In this document: positions 20,655-29,137 of the stretch, in pieces | How positions within the stretch are numbered: position 1 is the stretch's first letter | Layout of the letters: each line of letters opens with the position of its first letter | Assembly: GCA_963848295.1 (NCBI GenBank) | Contig: CAWKDB010000010.1 | Location: 2,816,001 to 2,880,000, forward strand | Direction of reading: 5' to 3' | Length of the DNA stretch: 64,000 nt | From: an uncultured delta proteobacterium | GTDB lineage: Bacteria > Myxococcota_A > Polyangia > Haliangiales > Haliangiaceae | Notes under the pieces: model-generated | Databases searched by the model: none | What the model saw: only the letters and a program-made list of their open reading frames with translations | Told to the model about the DNA's origin: nothing | Translations under genes and position numbers: made by a program

Positions 20655-21773
20655 GTGCGCATCGCGCGACTCGATCGCACGCAGCTCGACGCGGCCACCC
20701 GTGTGCTCGCCGCGGCGTGCGCGTTCGACCGCGCGGCCGAGGTCGCCGACGAGAAGCTCTTCGCGCCCGGCCCGAGCCGAACCGATCACTCGGAGGTCCG
20801 TGCGGAGCAAAGGACGGCCGACCCCTCGCGGCGAGGGTCCCCCTTTAGCGGGGGCCCGAGCCGAACCGATCGCTCGGATGTCCGTGCGGAGCAAAGGACG
20901 GCCGACCCCTCGCGGCGAGGGTCCCCCTTTAGCGGGGGCCCGAGCCGAACCGATCACTCGGAGGTCCGTGCGGAGCAAAGGCCGGCCGACCCCTCGCGGC
21001 CGGCCCCCGATGCCACCGCGATCGCGTTCGGCGCGCTGAACGGCAGCGAGCTCGTCGGTGTCGCCGCGGTGAGCGCGCGCTGGCTCCGACTGATCGCGGT
21101 CGTCCCCGAGGCGCGCGGCGCCGGCATCGGCTCGGCGCTGCTCGCGCAGTGTGAAGCCGCGGCTCGGAGCGCCGGTGAGCCGCGGCTGCGGGCGCTCGAT
21201 CAACCCGGCAACTACCTGGCCCCTGGCGTCGACGAGCGCAATCACGATGCGATCGGCTGGCTCGAGCGACGAGGCTTCGTGCGCGGCGAGCTACGCGACA
21301 ACGTCTTGATCGCGGTGCGCGATAACCCACGCGTCACCGCCGAGCGCGCCGCCGAGCTCGCGGCCCGGTGTCGCGCTGCGGGTTACGAGATTCGCCGCGC
21401 GCGCGGTGACGAGACCGCGCTGTGCGAAGCGGTCGCGGCCGAGTTCGGAGGCGCTTGGCCGTTCGAGCTCGCGCGCGCGCTCGGCCACGAGCCGGCCGGG
21501 GCTCACGTCGCGATCCACGCGGGCGCGTACTGCGGCTTTGCCGCCCACGACGGCAATAACCGTGGCCTCGGTTGGTTCGGTCCAACGGGTACGTGGCCGT
21601 CGCACCGAGGCAAGGGCCTCGGCGAGGCCTTGCTCGTCGCATGTCTCGTCGACGTCGCCGCTGCTCACGAACGCTGTGAAGTCGCGTGGATCGGCCCGCG
21701 ACCGTTCTACGAAAAAGTCGCCGGGATCGTCGGGGATCGGCGGTTCGTCTCGCTCGTGAAACCGTTGATCTAG
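20655..21773 (+). CDS. Tandem GNAT acetyltransferase with in-frame repeat insertion
   Basis: Two acetyl-CoA motifs (VVPEARGAGIGS, WPSHRGKGLGEAL); about 77-aa repeat insert near the N-terminus. Confidence 0.88.
   Translation: MRIARLDRTQLDAATRVLAAACAFDRAAEVADEKLFAPGPSRTDHSEVRAEQRTADPSRRGSPFSGGPSRTDRSDVRAEQRTADPSRRGSPFSGGPSRTDHSEVRAEQRPADPSRPAPDATAIAFGALNGSELVGVAAVSARWLRLIAVVPEARGAGIGSALLAQCEAAARSAGEPRLRALDQPGNYLAPGVDERNHDAIGWLERRGFVRGELRDNVLIAVRDNPRVTAERAAELAARCRAAGYEIRRARGDETALCEAVAAEFGGAWPFELARALGHEPAGAHVAIHAGAYCGFAAHDGNNRGLGWFGPTGTWPSHRGKGLGEALLVACLVDVAAAHERCEVAWIGPRPFYEKVAGIVGDRRFVSLVKPLI
20769..21000 (+). repeat. 84-bp tandem repeat x2.8 (family B)
   Basis: Units start at 20769, 20853, 20937; internal hairpin GACCCCTCGCGGCGAGGGTC. 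Confidence 0.95.
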
Positions 21774-21802
21774 CCACCGGCAAACCGACGTATGCTTGTC
21801 TA

Positions 21803-22975
21803 GTGTGGGCGATCTCGTGCATCGTCGTGGCGCTCGTCGGCTGCGGCCGCCTGCGGTTCGACCCCGGCGAGGGCGCGGGTGGCGACGCTAGTACGACGAG
21901 TGACGGCATCCTCGGTGGCGATGGCCCCGGAAGCGACGCCGGGCCAGCGGTCGGCGCGAGCTATCCGGTCGGAAGCTCGCCGCTCGGAATCGCGACCGGC
22001 GACTTCAACAACGACGGCTACAACGATCTCGTCGTCACGAACTTCGGGACCGACACGATCAGCATCTTGCTGAACGACAAGACCGGCAAGTTCGGCCCGG
22101 CACAGACAATCACAGTAGGGAACGGGCCGATGGCGGTGTACGTCACCGATTTTAATGGCGACAGCAACGTCGATCTCGCGGTCGCGGACGGCGGCTCGAA
22201 CACGATCGCCGTGTTGCTCGGCGACGGCGCCGGCAACTTCTCAGCCGCGGCCTTCACGAACTGCGATACCGAGCCCGCCGCGCTTGGCCTTGGCGACTTC
22301 GATCGCGACGGTCATACCGATCTCGCGATCGCCGCGTACGGCGCAAACGAGGTCCAGGTGTTATTCGGCGACGGCACCGGCGCGTTCCCACGTAAGCGAA
22401 ACGTCGGGACCTGCACCTCGCCGAGCGGCATCGTCATGGGGCACTTCAACGCCGATAGCCACGACGATCTCGCGGTCAGCTGCTACGGCGACAACGCGCT
22501 ACTCGTGTTGCTCGGCGACGGCAGCGGCAACTTCCCCGGCCCGACACTTCTCGACATGGGCAGCCAAACCGCGCCGATGGGCATCGTCGCCTACGACTTC
22601 ACCGGCGACGGCAACACCGACCTCGCGGGCGCAGACTTCGGCACCGGCGAGGCCGGCTTGGCGAAAGGCGACGGCACCGGCATGTTCGGCGCGCCCGCAG
22701 GATTTCCCGCTGGCACGTCACCCGCCGCGATCGCGAACGGCGACGTCAACAAGGACAGCAAAGCCGACCTCGTGCTCGCGAACTATGTCTCCGGCGATTC
22801 GATCGAGGTGCTCCACGGTGACGGCACGGGCGGCTTCGCGACCCAGATGTCGTACACCGTCGGCTCGCAACCGGACGGCGTGCTGATCACCGAGCTCAAT
22901 CATGACGGCGCCGGCGATATCGTCGTGGCGAACGCCGGCTCCGACACGATCACGGTGATCCTCGGCCCGCTCTAA
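21803..22975 (+). CDS. FG-GAP/VCBS repeat lipoprotein
   Basis: Lipobox LVGC; seven GDFNxDGxxDL repeats. Confidence 0.9.
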   Translation: MWAISCIVVALVGCGRLRFDPGEGAGGDASTTSDGILGGDGPGSDAGPAVGASYPVGSSPLGIATGDFNNDGYNDLVVTNFGTDTISILLNDKTGKFGPAQTITVGNGPMAVYVTDFNGDSNVDLAVADGGSNTIAVLLGDGAGNFSAAAFTNCDTEPAALGLGDFDRDGHTDLAIAAYGANEVQVLFGDGTGAFPRKRNVGTCTSPSGIVMGHFNADSHDDLAVSCYGDNALLVLLGDGSGNFPGPTLLDMGSQTAPMGIVAYDFTGDGNTDLAGADFGTGEAGLAKGDGTGMFGAPAGFPAGTSPAAIANGDVNKDSKADLVLANYVSGDSIEVLHGDGTGGFATQMSYTVGSQPDGVLITELNHDGAGDIVVANAGSDTITVILGPL

Positions 22976-23499
22976 CGCCGCGGCTTGACGAGCCCGCGAG
23001 CGAGCTTGATCAGGCCCGGATGAGCCTTCATGTTCGCGCGCAGCGCCTTGCTGAGGTTGTGAGGCATCTCGGCACCTAACGTCTTGCTCACCCACGTGGC
23101 GAATGCCTGATCTGGGGCGAGCACCTTCGCTTCGTCGGCGTCCGACGCTTCGTGGACGGCACGAGCCTCGTCGTCGGTGACGTTGATGAACACCATGAAG
23201 TCGTTCGTGCCGACCTTGGCGATCACCGCCAGTGCGCTCGCGACGTCGGCGCCGAGCACCGCGAGCTCGCCTTCGCCCCCGAGGACGACCACCGGGCAGC
23301 CGTCGAGCTCCGGCCCCGACTTCTTCCACACGGCGACGAGGCTTCCGTCACCCCGCGATGCAAACACGTGGAACTGGTCGTTTGCCGCCGCATTGTCGAA
23401 CCAGAACGCGCAATCGGGAGAGGCACTCCACGACAGGTCGCTCGGTTCGTGCTCGCTCAAGTAACGCTCGAGCTGTTCGAGCGCTTGGCCATTGGTCAT
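22972..23499 (-). CDS. Hypothetical protein, SMI1/KNR4(SUKH)-like immunity candidate
   Basis: FASRGDGSLVAVW...PVVVLGGEGELAVLGADV pattern resembles SUKH-type proteins (recognition only). Confidence 0.5.
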   Translation of the reverse strand: MTNGQALEQLERYLSEHEPSDLSWSASPDCAFWFDNAAANDQFHVFASRGDGSLVAVWKKSGPELDGCPVVVLGGEGELAVLGADVASALAVIAKVGTNDFMVFINVTDDEARAVHEASDADEAKVLAPDQAFATWVSKTLGAEMPHNLSKALRANMKAHPGLIKLARGLVKPRR

Positions 23500-23517
23500 G
23501 CCCGACCTACCTAAACG

Positions 23518-24273
23518 CTACGCGGTCCGCAGCTCGAGCAAGAACTCGACGTTGCCCGCGGGGCCGGTGATCGGCGATTCGACCTCGCGGCCGGCGACGA
23601 AGCCGTGATCGCTCGCCCACGCGCGCACCTTGTCGACCGCGCCGCGCCGCGCCCCTTCATCGCGGACCACCCCGCCCTTGCCGACGTGGGCGCGCCCGAC
23701 CTCGAACTGCGGCTTGACCAGCGCGACGATCGGCTTGCCGGCCGGCGGCCGCAGTAACTCGGCGACCCGCGGCAAGACGAGCGTCAGCGAAATGAATGAC
23801 ACGTCGATCACCGCGAGCCCACACGGCTCCGGCACCTTGTCGAGCTCGAGGTTGCGCGCGTTCTCGCGTTCGAGCACGACGACCCGCGGATCCTGGCGAA
23901 TCGACCACGCGAGCTGGCCGTATCCGACATCGATCGCATAGACCTTCGCGGCCCCGCGCTTCAACAACACGTCGGTGAAGCCGCCGGTCGACGCGCCGAT
24001 GTCGAGCGCGATCACGCCGCTCGGATCGATCCCGAATTCATCGAGCCCTTTGACCAGCTTCAGCGCGCCGCGCGAGACGTACGGATGATCGGCCTGGAGC
24101 AGCGAGAGCTCGGCGGTCGCCGCGACCAATGTCCCGGGCTTGGTCTGCTTCTGGCCATCGACCAGCACCGAGCCGCTCATCACGAGAGCCTGGGCGCGGT
24201 CACGGCTCGCGACGAACCCGCGGTCGACCAAGAGCTTGTCGAGGCGCTCGCGAGCCACCGACGGACTGTACAC
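23518..24273 (-). CDS. tlyA: TlyA family rRNA 2'-O-methyltransferase / hemolysin A
   Basis: S4 domain RERLDKLLV, YVSRGALKL, DIGASTGGFTD, LVKPQFE. Confidence 0.96.
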   Translation of the reverse strand: MYSPSVARERLDKLLVDRGFVASRDRAQALVMSGSVLVDGQKQTKPGTLVAATAELSLLQADHPYVSRGALKLVKGLDEFGIDPSGVIALDIGASTGGFTDVLLKRGAAKVYAIDVGYGQLAWSIRQDPRVVVLERENARNLELDKVPEPCGLAVIDVSFISLTLVLPRVAELLRPPAGKPIVALVKPQFEVGRAHVGKGGVVRDEGARRGAVDKVRAWASDHGFVAGREVESPITGPAGNVEFLLELRTA

Positions 24274-24276
24274 GCC

Positions 24277-24304
24277 TTGACAAATGGTACGGTCGTTCTA
24301 TTCT
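24277..24304 (+). promoter_or_regulatory. Sigma70 promoter with overlapping TetR operator
   Basis: TTGACA-16-TATTCT, 6 nt before ATG 24311; 24287-24302 matches 24961-24976 (AATAGCACGACCGTTC) at 14/16 in inverted orientation. Confidence 0.65.
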
Positions 24305-24310
24305 AGGAAG

Positions 24311-24910
24311 ATGACCAAAGGCGAAGAGACCCGGCAGGCCGTGCTCGCCCGAGCGTTCGAGCTCGCGAACGTTGTCGGCGTGACCGGCTTGTCGATCGGC
24401 CGACTCGCCGAGGCGACGGGCTTGTCGAAGAGCGGCCTGTTCGCGCACTTCGGCTCGAAGGACGCGCTCGAGGTCGCGGTCGTCGAGGAGGCGAGCCGGC
24501 AGTTCGTGCAAGAGGTCATGGTGCCGGCGCTGCGCGAGCCGCGCGGCGAGCCCCGAGTGCGTGCGTTGTTCGATCGCTGGTTGACCTGGGGCCAGCGTCC
24601 CGGTGGCTGTTTCTTCGTCGGAGCGAGCGCCGAGCTCGACGACCGCCCCGGCGCACCTCGGGACGCCCTGGTCCGCGCCTGCAAAGACTGGATCGACGAG
24701 CTCGCGAAGGCGGCTCGGATCGCGAAGACCGAAGGTCATTTTCGCGCCGACCTCGATCCCGATCAATTCGCGTTCGACCTCTACGGCATCACGCTCGGAT
24801 TCCACACGTTCTATCGCTTCCTCCGCGTGCCGGAAGCGCTCGCCCACACTCGCGCCGCTTTCGATCGCCTCGTCGCCGCCGCGCGCGCTCCCGCCCGCGG
24901 CTCCCGGTAA
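24311..24910 (+). CDS. TetR/AcrR family regulator
   Basis: HTH LSIGRLAEATGLSKSGLFAHFGSKD; GGCFF motif. Confidence 0.93.
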   Translation: MTKGEETRQAVLARAFELANVVGVTGLSIGRLAEATGLSKSGLFAHFGSKDALEVAVVEEASRQFVQEVMVPALREPRGEPRVRALFDRWLTWGQRPGGCFFVGASAELDDRPGAPRDALVRACKDWIDELAKAARIAKTEGHFRADLDPDQFAFDLYGITLGFHTFYRFLRVPEALAHTRAAFDRLVAAARAPARGSR

Positions 24911-24930
24911 CCCTCACGCAAGGATGCGCC

Positions 24931-25890
24931 ATGCCCATATCGAGCTCGTCCGCGCCCAGAAATAGCACGACCGTTCGCTCGAAGACCGCCGTCCGGGTCG
25001 CCCGCGCCGCGCTGCAGACCGCGTTCATCGTGTCCGACGATCTCGGGGCCGCGTTCGCCGAGCGTATGTTCGTCACGCCGCGCTACTTCGACCGCCCGGC
25101 GCGCGAGCGCGAGGTGCTTGCATCGGGTCGCAGGTTCGTCGTCGACGTCGCGCTGCGCTCGCCGCGCTGGAACGGCGCGCACACACCGGTCACCGCATGG
25201 CGTTGGGGCCTCGGTCCGACCGCGCTCCTCGTCCACGGTTGGGAAGGTCGCGGTTCGCAGCTCGGCGCGTTTGTCGAGCCGCTCGTCGCCGCCGGCATGT
25301 CCGTCGTCGCGTTCGACGCGCCGGGCCACGGTGACTCGCCCGGGCATCGCCTCTATCTCACCGACCTGGCCGATTGCATCACGTCGGTCGCGACCGCGGT
25401 CGGTCCGCTACACGCCGCGATCGCGCACTCGTTCGGCGCGCCCGCGCTGCTGCTCGCGCACCTCCGCGGCGGAGTCGACGCCGCGCGCAACGTCGCGGTC
25501 TCGCCGAACGCAATCATCGCCGACGCGATCGCGAAGTTCTCGCAAGTCGTCGCGCTCGACCCGAGCGATCGCCGCGTGTTCGAGCAGCAGCTCGCCGCGC
25601 ACACCGGCGTCGCGCTCGATGCGCTGACGCTCGACCGCCTCGTCGCCGGCCGCGACGCCGCCCTCCTGGTCATCCACGACCGCAACGACAACGAGGTTCC
25701 ATTCGCGCACGGCTCGCGGCTCGCGGCGGCGTGGCCAGGCGCGATCTTGCTCGAGACCGACGGCCTCGGCCATCGCCGCATCCTTCGCGATCGCGCGGTG
25801 ATCGAATCCGCGGTCGCGTTCGCGAGCCACGGCATCGCCGCTCCCGCGTCGGACCTCGTCCGCGAGGTCGACCGCTACCTGCGTCCTTGA
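24931..25890 (+). CDS. Alpha/beta hydrolase
   Basis: LVHGWEG, AHSFG nucleophile elbow, HDRND, GLGH. Confidence 0.92.
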   Translation: MPISSSSAPRNSTTVRSKTAVRVARAALQTAFIVSDDLGAAFAERMFVTPRYFDRPAREREVLASGRRFVVDVALRSPRWNGAHTPVTAWRWGLGPTALLVHGWEGRGSQLGAFVEPLVAAGMSVVAFDAPGHGDSPGHRLYLTDLADCITSVATAVGPLHAAIAHSFGAPALLLAHLRGGVDAARNVAVSPNAIIADAIAKFSQVVALDPSDRRVFEQQLAAHTGVALDALTLDRLVAGRDAALLVIHDRNDNEVPFAHGSRLAAAWPGAILLETDGLGHRRILRDRAVIESAVAFASHGIAAPASDLVREVDRYLRP

Positions 25891-25929
25891 CAGCCCCTGC
25901 CCCGATTGATACCCATACCGCCTGTTTCT

Positions 25930-26002
25930 GGGGTCATAGCTCAGCTGGGAGAGCGCTAGAATCGCACTCTAGAGGTCAGGGGTTCGATCCCCCTTGGCTC
26001 CA
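25930..26002 (+). tRNA. tRNA-Ala (anticodon CGC), CCA not encoded
   Basis: Cloverleaf: acceptor GGGGTCA/TGGCTCC with G3:U70, D-arm TAGCTCAGCTGGGAGAGC, anticodon stem CTAGA-ATCGCAC-TCTAG, T-loop GGTTCGATCC; TTGACA at 25887 upstream. Confidence 0.96.
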
Positions 26003-26012
26003 CGGAAAACCG

Positions 26013-26050
26013 AAGAGGTCTCGCAGCGATGCGAGGCCTTCTTTGTTTTC
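26013..26050 (+). terminator. Intrinsic terminator, repeated after every tRNA-3' copy
   Basis: GAAGAGGTCTCGCA-GCGA-TGCGAGGCCTTC-TTTGTTTT hairpin plus U tract; also at about 27140, 28371 and 29325. Confidence 0.85.
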
Positions 26051-26280
26051 GGCGTGCGGCAAGCGTTCTAGAGGCTGCTCTCGCACGCGTCGTCATTCCG
26101 TTCGCTTACGCAGTCCCGACCCTACGCAAACCGCTTCCAATCGTTCCGCAAAAACATTCTAGAGGTCCCGTCGTCACGTCGTCGCGTCCTGAACCCTTCT
26201 GGCTGCGTCGTTCCCGCGTGATAGCGTTCATTGTGGCAGCCGACGCTTCGAAAGTATCTCCAGCCGAGATCGCTGCACTC

Positions 26281-26445
26281 ATGGTGCACCTCGATCCAGA
26301 GGTCCGCGACGCCATCGCCGATGTCGATCGAACGCTCATCGCGCTTGCGCTCGCGCAATCCCCCTGGGACCGGCTGAGGTCGGCATCTCGAATGGCGCAA
26401 GCCCTCGTCAGGATCCGGGATGGTGCCGCACCCCAAGGTCACTGA
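26281..26445 (+). CDS. Small partner protein upstream of the nucleotidyltransferase
   Basis: MVHLDPEVRDAIADVDRTLIALALAQSPWDRLRSA; overlaps the MNT gene; start uncertain (GTG alternatives at about 26218-26233). Confidence 0.6.
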   Translation: MVHLDPEVRDAIADVDRTLIALALAQSPWDRLRSASRMAQALVRIRDGAAPQGH

Positions 26446-26920
26446 CCTTCCCGCGCTGCTCGCGAAGCTGTGCGACGCCGGGATCGAGTTCATCATCGTC
26501 GGTGGCGCCGCCTGCGTGATCCAAGGCGCGCCGATCACGACCAACGATCTCGATATCGTCCATCAGAGGACGCCGGAGAACATCGAGCGGCTTCTCGCAG
26601 TCTTGCTCGAGCTCGATGCAACGATGCGCTACGACTTTGCGAACAGACGACTCCGCCCAACGACAGAGCTGTTAGCAGGCAGAGGACACCTGAACCTTTC
26701 CACCTCGCTCGGTCCGCTCGATCCGCTTTGCGAGCTCGACGGCCTGGGGTTCGACGAGTTGTTGGCCCATAGCCAGTCGGTGATCGATGAGGGGCGATTG
26801 CTTCGCGTACTGGACCTGCCGACGCTTATCACTGTGAAGACAAAGGCCGGACGACCGAAGGATCGACTCGTGCTCCCGATCCTGATCGCGACCCTCGAGG
26901 AGCGCGATAAGGCGAAGTGA
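26420..26920 (+). CDS. Nucleotidyltransferase (MNT/AbiEii-like), putative TA component
   Basis: FIIVGGAA...TTNDLDI catalytic motif; LITVKTKAGRPKD C-terminal motif. Confidence 0.85.
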   Translation: MVPHPKVTDLPALLAKLCDAGIEFIIVGGAACVIQGAPITTNDLDIVHQRTPENIERLLAVLLELDATMRYDFANRRLRPTTELLAGRGHLNLSTSLGPLDPLCELDGLGFDELLAHSQSVIDEGRLLRVLDLPTLITVKTKAGRPKDRLVLPILIATLEERDKAK

Positions 26921-27084
26921 TTGACGGAACCCGGCGGTCGCGCGTGTTGCCCGGCGCGACGCCGACTCAACGCCAACGACCGCACGCAGTTGTTGGCCGT
27001 CACCGTTCCGCAAATTCGTCGACGGAGATCCGCGCACTGCGAAACGTTTCCCACTGGAACCTCGCGAGATTCCTCGGCGCGCCC

Positions 27085-27179
27085 AGAATCGCACTCTAGA
27101 GGTCAGGGGTTCGATCCCCCTTGGCTCCACGGAAAACCGAAGAGGTCTCGCAGCGATGCGAGGCCTTCTTTCGTTTCGG
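27085..27179 (+). repeat. tRNA-Ala 3' fragment + terminator, copy 2 (att-like junction)
   Basis: AGAATCGCACTCTAGAGGTCAGGGGTTCGATCCCCCTTGGCTCCA identical to 25958-26002. Confidence 0.97.
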
Positions 27180-27351
27180 ACGCACGCGAATCGTTCCGCA
27201 AGCCGTTCTAGAGGTCTGCTCTCGCACGCAGTGTCATTCCGTTCGCTTACGCAATTCCGGCCCACCCGAAGCGCTTCCAATCGTTCCGCAAAGCATTCTA
27301 GAGGTCCCGTCGATCGGTCGGTCACGTCGCGCGTCCGAATGCCACGCAGCG

Positions 27352-27568
27352 CTATCGAAAGCGCCAAGGCTCGGGACGAAGACGTGCCAGCGAACGCGCG
27401 ACGGCCGCCGGGTCGATCTCGACGCGCTCCTTCATCAATCGGAACAAGGCCTCGGCCACCACAGACGCGATCGCGTGGATGCCCGCAACACATCGAGCAG
27501 ATCGAGCCACCGAGCGCAGGGCAACTGCGCTTGCCTTTGCGTTGTTTGCAGAAGCTGCATACCGCCAC
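27352..27568 (-). pseudogene. Truncated Cys-rich zinc-binding protein
   Basis: MAVCSFCKQRKGKRSCPALGGSICSMCCG then loss of frame. Confidence 0.45.
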
Positions 27569-27660
27569 CGCGACCTTTCGTAGCCCGCTAGCATCTGCGA
27601 CGCAATGCCTGGCAGTCGTTCCGCAGGATCCTCGACCAAGACTCGGCGTTGGGGACCTTG

Positions 27661-27963
27661 CTACACGTCGGGGCTGCGGCCCGCGAGCGCATTCCAGACG
27701 AGCAACACCTCGATGTCACCAGCTACTTCGTCAACTCGGTAGTAGACGTGGTTGCGCGTCTTCGGCATGAGGATTCGCCAAACGATCCGGCCGCCACGCG
27801 CTGCGTACTGCTGACGCTCCGCGTCCGCACCACCGCGCAGCTTGGTCACGATCGCGGACAGCTCTTCGACGAATACGCCCGGAGCCTTTTCACGATGCTG
27901 CTCCCACCACGTTCGCTTCTCTCGGACCGAGAGCCGAGCCTCCGGCGTGAAGCGAACTCTCAC
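27661..27963 (-). CDS. RelE/ParE family toxin
   Basis: MRVRFTPEAR...WRILMPKTRNHVYYRVD...IEVLLVWNA; 100 aa; GTGA-coupled to the upstream antitoxin. Confidence 0.85.
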   Translation of the reverse strand: MRVRFTPEARLSVREKRTWWEQHREKAPGVFVEELSAIVTKLRGGADAERQQYAARGGRIVWRILMPKTRNHVYYRVDEVAGDIEVLLVWNALAGRSPDV

Positions 27964-28190
27964 TGATGACGAAGCTCGTCCAGAACGTCGTCAGCGTCCA
28001 CCAACTCGCCAGCATCTGCCTGTGCGGCGCTTCGTTCGAGCGCTTGTTCGAGCGCCGCGCGCTCATCGTTGCTCATGTTGTCAGCCGCCGCGTCGTAGAG
28101 GTACACGCGAACCTCAGCGCCGTCGGGTAGATCGACCGGCTCGTCAACGACGATCTTTCCGTTCACAACATGAGCTCGGAGCGCGGTCAC
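27960..28190 (-). CDS. Antitoxin (AF2212/DUF104-like N-terminus, acidic C-terminus)
   Basis: GTG start: TALRAHVVNGKIVVDEPVDLPDGAEVRV...DADDVLDELR. Confidence 0.8.
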   Translation of the reverse strand: MTALRAHVVNGKIVVDEPVDLPDGAEVRVYLYDAAADNMSNDERAALEQALERSAAQADAGELVDADDVLDELRHQ

Positions 28191-28315
28191 GAGATCAAGA
28201 TACACGAGCCGAGTCGGTTCGCGTCCGTTCCGCAACTTCTCCCAGAACATCCAAGACGTTGCACCGATTGCGGAATGTTCTGCTCCTCAATTCCGCGGGA
28301 TTCCTCGGCGCGCCG

Positions 28316-28410
28316 AGAATCGCACTCTAGAGGTCAGGGGTTCGATCCCCCTTGGCTCCACGGAAAACCGAAGAGGTCTCGCAGCGATGCGAGGCCTTCT
28401 TTGTTTTCGG
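28316..28410 (+). repeat. tRNA-Ala 3' fragment + terminator, copy 3
   Basis: Identical 45-nt core plus terminator. Confidence 0.97.
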
Positions 28411-28429
28411 ATCGTTCCCCAGCTTCGCA

Positions 28430-28810
28430 TCACGGCCGAACGAGCTCCACATCGAGGTCGGCCGCGCGAGCAAGCGGCGCTAGGTCCTCTGGATCAGACG
28501 TGATGATTCGATCGCCATCGCTCGCCAACAGGACCAGCGCAGCGTCAATGACATCATCTTGTTTTGCTCGGGCCAACAGCTCGCCAGCTGCGCGGCCGAG
28601 CACCGCATCCAGCCGCCGTATGTCGATCACGTCGAATGCCCGCGCAAGCAGCGCCTGACGGGGCCCCCGCCCGCGCCACGCCTGACCGACGATCCCGCCG
28701 TGAGACAACGGTGCCTCGCGGGACTGCAGAGCTTGCTTTAGACGCTGCCACATCGCGCGATCATTCCGTTCGAGCGCTATCAGCGCACCGGTATCAAAGA
28801 TCAGCCTCAT
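28430..28810 (-). CDS. PIN-domain (VapC-like) toxin
   Basis: LIFDTGALIA, DVIDAALV, IITSDPEDL acidic PIN motifs. Confidence 0.9.
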   Translation of the reverse strand: MRLIFDTGALIALERNDRAMWQRLKQALQSREAPLSHGGIVGQAWRGRGPRQALLARAFDVIDIRRLDAVLGRAAGELLARAKQDDVIDAALVLLASDGDRIITSDPEDLAPLARAADLDVELVRP

Positions 28811-29115
28811 GCCACCTTCGAACGCCGCTTGCTTGTGCGGTTCTTAAGTGGGCCCCGGATCACGTTTGCCTTGCGCCGATCCTCGCGTTCACGTGCCGCG
28901 AGCTCGGATGGTGTGATCTCTCCATACTCAGCCTCATAGCCGGCGAGCAGGTCGGACAGGGCGGCGAGGCGGCGCTCTTTGAGCACATGCTCTGCAACGG
29001 CGAGATTGATCCAAGCACTCAACGAATCCGCCCGACCCGCTGCAATGGCGGCGTTGGCGGCCTCGACCAGGGCGCGGTCAAGGGTGACGGTAACCCGCTC
29101 TTTCGTCTCACTCAT
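28807..29115 (-). CDS. Ribbon-helix-helix antitoxin
   Basis: MSETKERVTVTLDRALVE...SLSAWINLAV...YEAEYGEIT; ATGA-coupled to the PIN gene. Confidence 0.85.
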   Translation of the reverse strand: MSETKERVTVTLDRALVEAANAAIAAGRADSLSAWINLAVAEHVLKERRLAALSDLLAGYEAEYGEITPSELAAREREDRRKANVIRGPLKNRTSKRRSKVA

Positions 29116-29137
29116 ACTATTATCATACCATCGTATG
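29113..29137 (-). promoter_or_regulatory. Leaderless promoter and operator of the VapBC pair
   Basis: Minus strand TGGTATGATAATAGT-ATG; palindrome CATAC-CATC-GTATG and a repeated CATAC. Confidence 0.6.

Larger units (their letters stand above)
26003..27129 (+). mobile_element. tRNA-anchored cassette 1 (MNT-type TA pair)
   Basis: Bounded by direct repeats of the tRNA 3' end (25958-26002 and 27085-27129); no integrase. Confidence 0.8.
27130..28360 (+). mobile_element. tRNA-anchored cassette 2 (RelE/ParE TA pair + Zn-finger remnant)
   Basis: Bounded by tRNA-3' copies 2 and 3. Confidence 0.8.

Noticed and set aside
20769..21000. 84-bp tandem as a CRISPR array
   Set aside because: Units are nearly identical over their whole length, with no unique spacers.
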